Part shown: positions 27,901 to 31,321 of the stretch, piece after piece
Numbering within the stretch: position 1 is the stretch's first letter
Layout: each line of letters starts with the position of its first letter
NCBI GenBank assembly: GCA_019137115.1
Contig: JAGVSV010000303.1
Location: 1 to 31,321, forward strand
Reading direction: 5' to 3'
From: Bacillota bacterium
GTDB lineage: Bacteria > Bacillota > Clostridia > Christensenellales > Aristaeellaceae
DNA length: 31,321 nucleotides
Position numbers and translations under genes: made by a program
The notes under the pieces: generated by a model
Databases searched by the model: none
Told to the model about the DNA's origin: nothing
The model's input: only the letters and a program-made list of their open reading frames with translations

Positions 27901-28228
27901 TCTGCCACACCCATGCCCCCGGCGCGCAGAGGATGAAACGTACGGTATACTGCGCGCCCAGCGCCTGGCCCTCATACAGCACGCTGTTTTCCCCCATGGA
28001 CCAGCGCGAACCACTGGTCACGCCCAGCAGGGGTACTGCCTGAACATGCTCACCCTCATGACGGCGCAACCACAGCTGGTTGGCGGCACCGTCCCGGCAG
28101 TTCCCGCACAGGCCGTTGAGCATTAGCCCCTTGTGCTGGATGGAGAAAATGTCCCCCGTGTCCAGAAAGTGAACCTGCGTGTCACCCTTGGTGAATGTAT
28201 GCAGCGTGGGCATGGCGTTGCGCTTCAT
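24953..28228 (-). CDS. GH94 glycoside phosphorylase, 1,2-beta-oligoglucan phosphorylase-like
   Basis: AAGGAGG RBS and ATG 28228; 1091 aa. Motifs HGLEQPGGAAWGTRDVCQGP, QWFMFD, DCHGDVVFWPLK, GDWDDTLQP, HLVSAWTVAL, AANVGREISLQYVHAHIRY and GWRLYSSGPG, plus the length, match my recollection of the SOGP subfamily. Confidence 0.85.
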   Translation of the reverse strand: MKRNAMPTLHTFTKGDTQVHFLDTGDIFSIQHKGLMLNGLCGNCRDGAANQLWLRRHEGEHVQAVPLLGVTSGSRWSMGENSVLYEGQALGAQYTVRFILCAPGAWVWQIALNGDAGTYDMIYGQDIGVADRGGVLTNELYMAQYLGHSVFEAYAGHVIRSRQNQRQSTGFPVLTQGSLGVKTTAFATDGVDFFGLSYKADRVPEKLLGNLPSRVNQQEFSYIALQTQQFHIEKKKKHLAFYAWLSENEEAGVSDAGHMPTAITTLAFPFEEPTAPMPSVQRSAGFGAPYASPAMTEDDIALMYPARELAEHGPDGALWSFFLADSTHVVTRGKELACFRPHGGIIQTCTKLSRVDAALLGSTHYMYGVFGSQTVMGNTSFHKLHSAARGLLNIMTNSGQRLYVRIEGQYRLLTLPALYETGFSHAAWHYVLGDDLVTVTLFASAHQPTMTLQVHSHKGRAYDYLLTQQLVAGEHEYTLPVETRSLRRGRVQRVMLNSPYYEGAHFDITLPAGAKLADDGVFYEDGKARHKTFLTMQHTGGFAVVYSGSLADAPVRAPSLPDPVEERRLVQDYMRKLTRGFALQGMGNAGSVLTHTLNWHAQCALTHYAMPHGLEQPGGAAWGTRDVCQGPFEFFLTLGHFPLCRAILLTVFSHQGASEWPQWFMFDRFPYAAGDCHGDVVFWPLKALCDYVETTGDTGILDAVAPYAFERPAEPIREHVRRAFEEIQSRFIGDTSLVTYAGGDWDDTLQPAQERMKEHLVSAWTVALCYQTLSALARLPLPIVDEARAYAARIERDFPELLTKDGVIAGFLLKNEDGENQYLLHPRDKVTGITARLLPMTRAMIAGLSSPQQAQRSLDVIDSRLACPDGVRLMDAPARYMGGVSRMFQRAEQAANVGREISLQYVHAHIRYVEAMAKIGRNDRTLKGLLTVAMPLLTDRVPNALPRQSNLYFSSSEGDFPDRYAFADGFGRLRNGSIGVKGGWRLYSSGPGIFIRQLLAHVLGVAVTKHGVVFDPVLPKEADGMALTLSMHGARRTIRFTAGDRLAVSINNREVGERNTQAYRSGGITVPAPALGEVRNIQVTFPIYQEG

Positions 28229-28256
28229 GGAGTCCTCCTTGTGTCCGGGTTGATGC

Positions 28257-30647
28257 TCAGGCAAAACGGATGGAAACGGCTTCTTTCAGCAAGCGGCTGT
28301 CCACGCGCACCCGCCAGGTGCCGTCGGCATCCGATGTGATGTACAGGTGCGGCGCGGGTTGCGGCGCCAATGGGCCCGACAGCAACAGGGTGGCATAGGG
28401 TTCGGTGTTGCGCAGCACAAGCTCGCGATCCTTAATGTCCAGGATTTCCATGGAGGAACACTCCACCACCGTAAACCCCAGGTCCATGTTGTGCGGCAGC
28501 ATCAGAGCATCGTTGGCGGGCAGATGGATATGTCGCGGCATCCAGGTTTCGCCATGCACATACACGTGGAATTCCTTGTCCACGTCGTCCATGTTGATCA
28601 GGTGCAAGAACTGGCTCTCGCCGCATGATGTTCGCGCCATGAACACCCCCACGCCGGGCACCTGGATATCGTGGGTGATGGCGGGCACCACGCGCAGGTG
28701 CCGTAGCAGCTTGCCGTACTGCGCAAGGTACGCCTTGTATGGGCAGCCGATCACGGCCAGCACGCCTTCGCCTGCCTTCTTGATGAAAGCACAGGTATCG
28801 CCGGAACGGTAGGTGGTGAGCAGCGGCTCCACGCCCTCGCCCGCGTACGCCTCGTACCTTTCCACATGGATGTCTCGGTGCCCGGCCCATGCGCCGGTGT
28901 GTTCCACTGCCTGGTTGTCAAGCCCAATGTGCCATCCCAGCACATCAATGCCCAGTGCATCCGCCAGCAGCGTGCAGGGGTTACCCTCGCGGTCCATGCG
29001 CGGCACACGGCCGTGCAGCAGCAGGCTTTTGCCGGACAGAACATGATCTGCCAGCCTGCGCTGCAAATCCGCGTGCATGTAGGGCGTGCTCGCCACGATC
29101 AGGCAGCGCTGGGCAACCGGTTCGGGGGACTGCAGGTTCACCACCCTGGGCATGACGCCCAGCAGCAACAGCGAGCGCACGCTGGCATCCCAGCAGTTGC
29201 CGGCCCTGAGTTCCGTGATGGCGGCGTACATGCCACGCGCTTCATGCGTTTTGTCGGCGTGGTACTCGGTCATGTAATCGTCCGGAATGAACCCAAAGGC
29301 CACATCGTCGTACTGAAGCCGTGACTTGGCCAGCCAGCGCTGCTGCGCCATCATCTGGTTGGTCACGCGGGCAAGACGGGCGAAATCCTTGCCGGGCACG
29401 CCCTCTGGGCCGATGGGCGCAGCGTAGCCGTGGTTTTCACCCGTGAACGACCAGCGGTCATTCGGATCCCGGTGGTCGGGGAAGCGGGCGTTCTGCCCGC
29501 CGCAGAACAGGTAGTAGTTCAGCAGTTTGTTGCCCATCGCCAGGAACAGCCTCGTCTTGTGATCGGACGCCGACGCAAGCGACCGGCCCATGAAGTCATC
29601 GCCAAAATTGCTGTCCCCGGCGTTGAACTCCATGCTGGTCAGGGGTTTTCCCTGGTCATTGATGCACGCAGTAATGCCGTTTACCAGCACCATGTCGTGG
29701 AAAATGTGCATGGCCAGGTTATCAAAATAGACGTCACTGCCGGTGATCACGTCATTGGCGACCGTGACGGTGTGAAGCAACTGGCTCACGCCAATCGGAT
29801 ACAGAAGGCCGCGCCCGGCAGACGTGCCATGGATATTGACCACATACAGCACATCGTGCATGCCGCAGGCAATGGCATATTCCCTGAGGATGCCAATATA
29901 GTCCGCAAACCGTTTGCGCATGTACAGGCCCAGATCCATCTGCAGGGCCAGGTCATAGGGCGCTTCGGGCGATCGGAAGCGGGCAAACGCAGTTGCGTCC
30001 AGCGGAAAGGGGTACCGCGCCGCCAATATGTCCTGCGTGTACGTGTCCTTCAGCCATCTTAGCAGCCCGTGCAGGCTTTGGTCGTTCAGGTTCGGGCGGT
30101 TGCTGACCCAATCCAGCATGCCCACTTCGTTATCCAGCTGCACCATCACAAGGTTGCCGCCCTTCCCGGGCAGGAAGGCTTTGGCCATGCCCAGCACCGC
30201 CTCATACCAGCGCCGCACATAAAAAAGGAAATCGGGGTCCAGATAGTCAAGGCTGCGGGTGGTCGCGGGCTGCCCGTCAAAACTGACGATCGCGGCCCCC
30301 GGGCATTTGTCGTAGACCCAGTAGGGGATGCCTTCGTTCTTCATCTCGGCCATGATATACGGGCCGGGCCTCAGGATGATCATCAGGCCGTTTTCCTGGC
30401 AGAGGGTCAGGAATGCCTTGAGATCCAGCCATGGGTGTGTGCGGCCATCAAGGTCAATGTCGCCCTCACGGTATTCATGCGCTACCCACGGCACATAGGT
30501 GGCCACGGCGTTCATGCCGCATTCCTTCAGGCGATCCAGCCGATCCTGCCAGACATCCGGCGGCAGGCGGAAATAATGCACTTCGCCCGACAGCACCACC
30601 ACCGGCTTGCCGTCGCGAAGCAACTGCCCTGATTGATACGTGAGCAT
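28257..30647 (-). CDS. GH35-like beta-glycosidase with a GH42-like C-terminal region, cytoplasmic
   Basis: Start placed at ATG 30647 (GGGAGG RBS); 796 aa; no signal peptide. Motifs LSGEVHYFR, GMNAVATYVPW, LRPGPYIMAE, VQLDNEVG (acid/base) and TSMEFNAG (candidate nucleophile). Confidence 0.85.
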   Translation of the reverse strand: MLTYQSGQLLRDGKPVVVLSGEVHYFRLPPDVWQDRLDRLKECGMNAVATYVPWVAHEYREGDIDLDGRTHPWLDLKAFLTLCQENGLMIILRPGPYIMAEMKNEGIPYWVYDKCPGAAIVSFDGQPATTRSLDYLDPDFLFYVRRWYEAVLGMAKAFLPGKGGNLVMVQLDNEVGMLDWVSNRPNLNDQSLHGLLRWLKDTYTQDILAARYPFPLDATAFARFRSPEAPYDLALQMDLGLYMRKRFADYIGILREYAIACGMHDVLYVVNIHGTSAGRGLLYPIGVSQLLHTVTVANDVITGSDVYFDNLAMHIFHDMVLVNGITACINDQGKPLTSMEFNAGDSNFGDDFMGRSLASASDHKTRLFLAMGNKLLNYYLFCGGQNARFPDHRDPNDRWSFTGENHGYAAPIGPEGVPGKDFARLARVTNQMMAQQRWLAKSRLQYDDVAFGFIPDDYMTEYHADKTHEARGMYAAITELRAGNCWDASVRSLLLLGVMPRVVNLQSPEPVAQRCLIVASTPYMHADLQRRLADHVLSGKSLLLHGRVPRMDREGNPCTLLADALGIDVLGWHIGLDNQAVEHTGAWAGHRDIHVERYEAYAGEGVEPLLTTYRSGDTCAFIKKAGEGVLAVIGCPYKAYLAQYGKLLRHLRVVPAITHDIQVPGVGVFMARTSCGESQFLHLINMDDVDKEFHVYVHGETWMPRHIHLPANDALMLPHNMDLGFTVVECSSMEILDIKDRELVLRNTEPYATLLLSGPLAPQPAPHLYITSDADGTWRVRVDSRLLKEAVSIRFA

Positions 30648-30701
30648 CGGCACGTACCTCCCATGTTGCGGCAGCCAACCCGCCGCCAAATCTTTTGGTC
30701 C

Positions 30702-30710
30702 ATCATAACA
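30702..30710 (-). promoter_or_regulatory. Extended -10 element for the GH35-GH94 operon
   Basis: TGtTATGAT on the minus strand, about 55 nt upstream of the ATG at 30647. No good -35 seen. Confidence 0.45.
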
Positions 30711-30776
30711 CATATTCATCAAACATTGTGTATCTTTTTGCACAAACATGGCAGTGAAGCCCCTGCCCTTCCTGCC

Positions 30777-30805
30777 TTGCACGCGGCAACCGTCCATGCT
30801 ATGAT
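30777..30805 (+). promoter_or_regulatory. Sigma-A-type promoter for the right-hand SBP gene
   Basis: TTGCAC (30777-30782), 17-nt spacer, TATGAT (30800-30805) with an extended TG. Confidence 0.6.
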
Positions 30806-30836
30806 GCGGTCAAACATTTCGTGGAAGGCGGTACAT

Positions 30837-31190
30837 ATGATGAAACGGATCGCGCTCGTCCTGGTTCTTGTCATGCTCGCGGGTATGGCGGCGTTCCCTG
30901 CCATGGCGCAGGAAACCACGCTGACGCTGCTGATTGACAACTCCACCAACCTCCCCGGCATTCAGGCGGTGGCAGAGGAAATCAAGCAGAAGCTGGGCAT
31001 CGGTCTGGAAGTGGAAATCCGCCCCAGCGGCCCGGAGGGCGTCAACTTCGTGCGCACCAGGCTGGCCGCGGGCGAAATGACCGACCTGTGCGCGTTCAAC
31101 AGCGGCTCGTTGTTAACCACGCTCAACCCCGCCAAGAACTTTGTCGACCTGACCGACATGCCCTACATGAGCCAGTTTTCCGATACTTAG
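30837..31190 (+). pseudogene. Sugar ABC solute-binding protein, 5' fragment truncated by the IS
   Basis: Signal peptide MMKRIALVLVLVMLAGMAAFPAMA and motifs VRTRLAAGEMTDL and LNPAKNFVDLTDMPY. It ends after 117 aa at a TAG whose G is the first base of the IS terminal repeat. Confidence 0.85.
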
Positions 31191-31204
31191 GGCCTGCTGA
31201 AAAA
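31190..31204 (+). repeat. IS terminal inverted repeat (right end)
   Basis: GGGCCTGCTGAAAAA, 14 of 15 identical to the reverse complement of 1307-1321. Confidence 0.9.
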
Positions 31205-31321
31205 AGCGATTCGCGCTATGGTCGTTCCTTCAAACAGCTGCTTGTGCTATCCCAACCGATTCTCCAGTCCAATTTACGCTCTTCAGCACGCGCCAAAAAA
31301 GAGCTAAAAGGAAGCGCAGCA
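31190..31321 (-). mobile_element. IS5-family element, right (3') end; runs off the window end
   Basis: Terminal repeat at 31190-31204. The minus strand reads LRFLLALFWRVLKSVNWTGESVGIAQAAV* (stop at 31230-31232), consistent with a transposase C-terminus. Confidence 0.8.

Noticed and set aside
1-31321. The window as a closed circle or plasmid
   Set aside because: The two ends do not overlap in sequence, there is no replication or partition gene, and the inner IS flanks show no shared target duplication.
1-31321. rRNA, tRNA, riboswitch (including cobalamin riboswitch), phage or defence genes
   Set aside because: Intergenic gaps are short and I saw no recognisable signatures. An Rfam/Infernal scan of 3592-3781, 12082-12350 and 30648-30836 would be the proper test.

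Overview
High-GC, Firmicutes-style DNA (AAGGAGG ribosome-binding sites, sigma-A-type promoters) that is almost entirely a carbohydrate-catabolism island. It is bounded by two same-orientation pieces of one IS5-family element (1-1321 and 31190-31321), each of which cuts a sugar-binding-protein gene. Four blocks lie between them. (A) A sugar ABC permease pair plus truncated binding protein, divergent from a DUF4091/GH123-like hydrolase. (B) A five-gene minus-strand operon with three divergent UROD/MtaA-CmuA-fold proteins, a non-pyrrolysine MttB-family methyltransferase and a GH4 glycosidase, but no corrinoid protein. (C) Divergent from B, an eight-gene uptake operon: binding protein, a 964-aa multidomain binding protein, two permease pairs, an NHL-TPR-Yip1 fusion and a DUF5696-like secreted protein with N-terminal TPNLF(N/D)ML repeats. 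(D) A GH35-like enzyme plus a GH94 1,2-beta-oligoglucan-phosphorylase-like gene, divergent from a second truncated binding protein. The best candidate for an undescribed system is B+C, a possible uptake, hydrolysis and demethylation route for methylated glycans. All family assignments come from motif recognition by eye, not database searches. Several start codons were moved relative to the ORF track using RBS and promoter positions.
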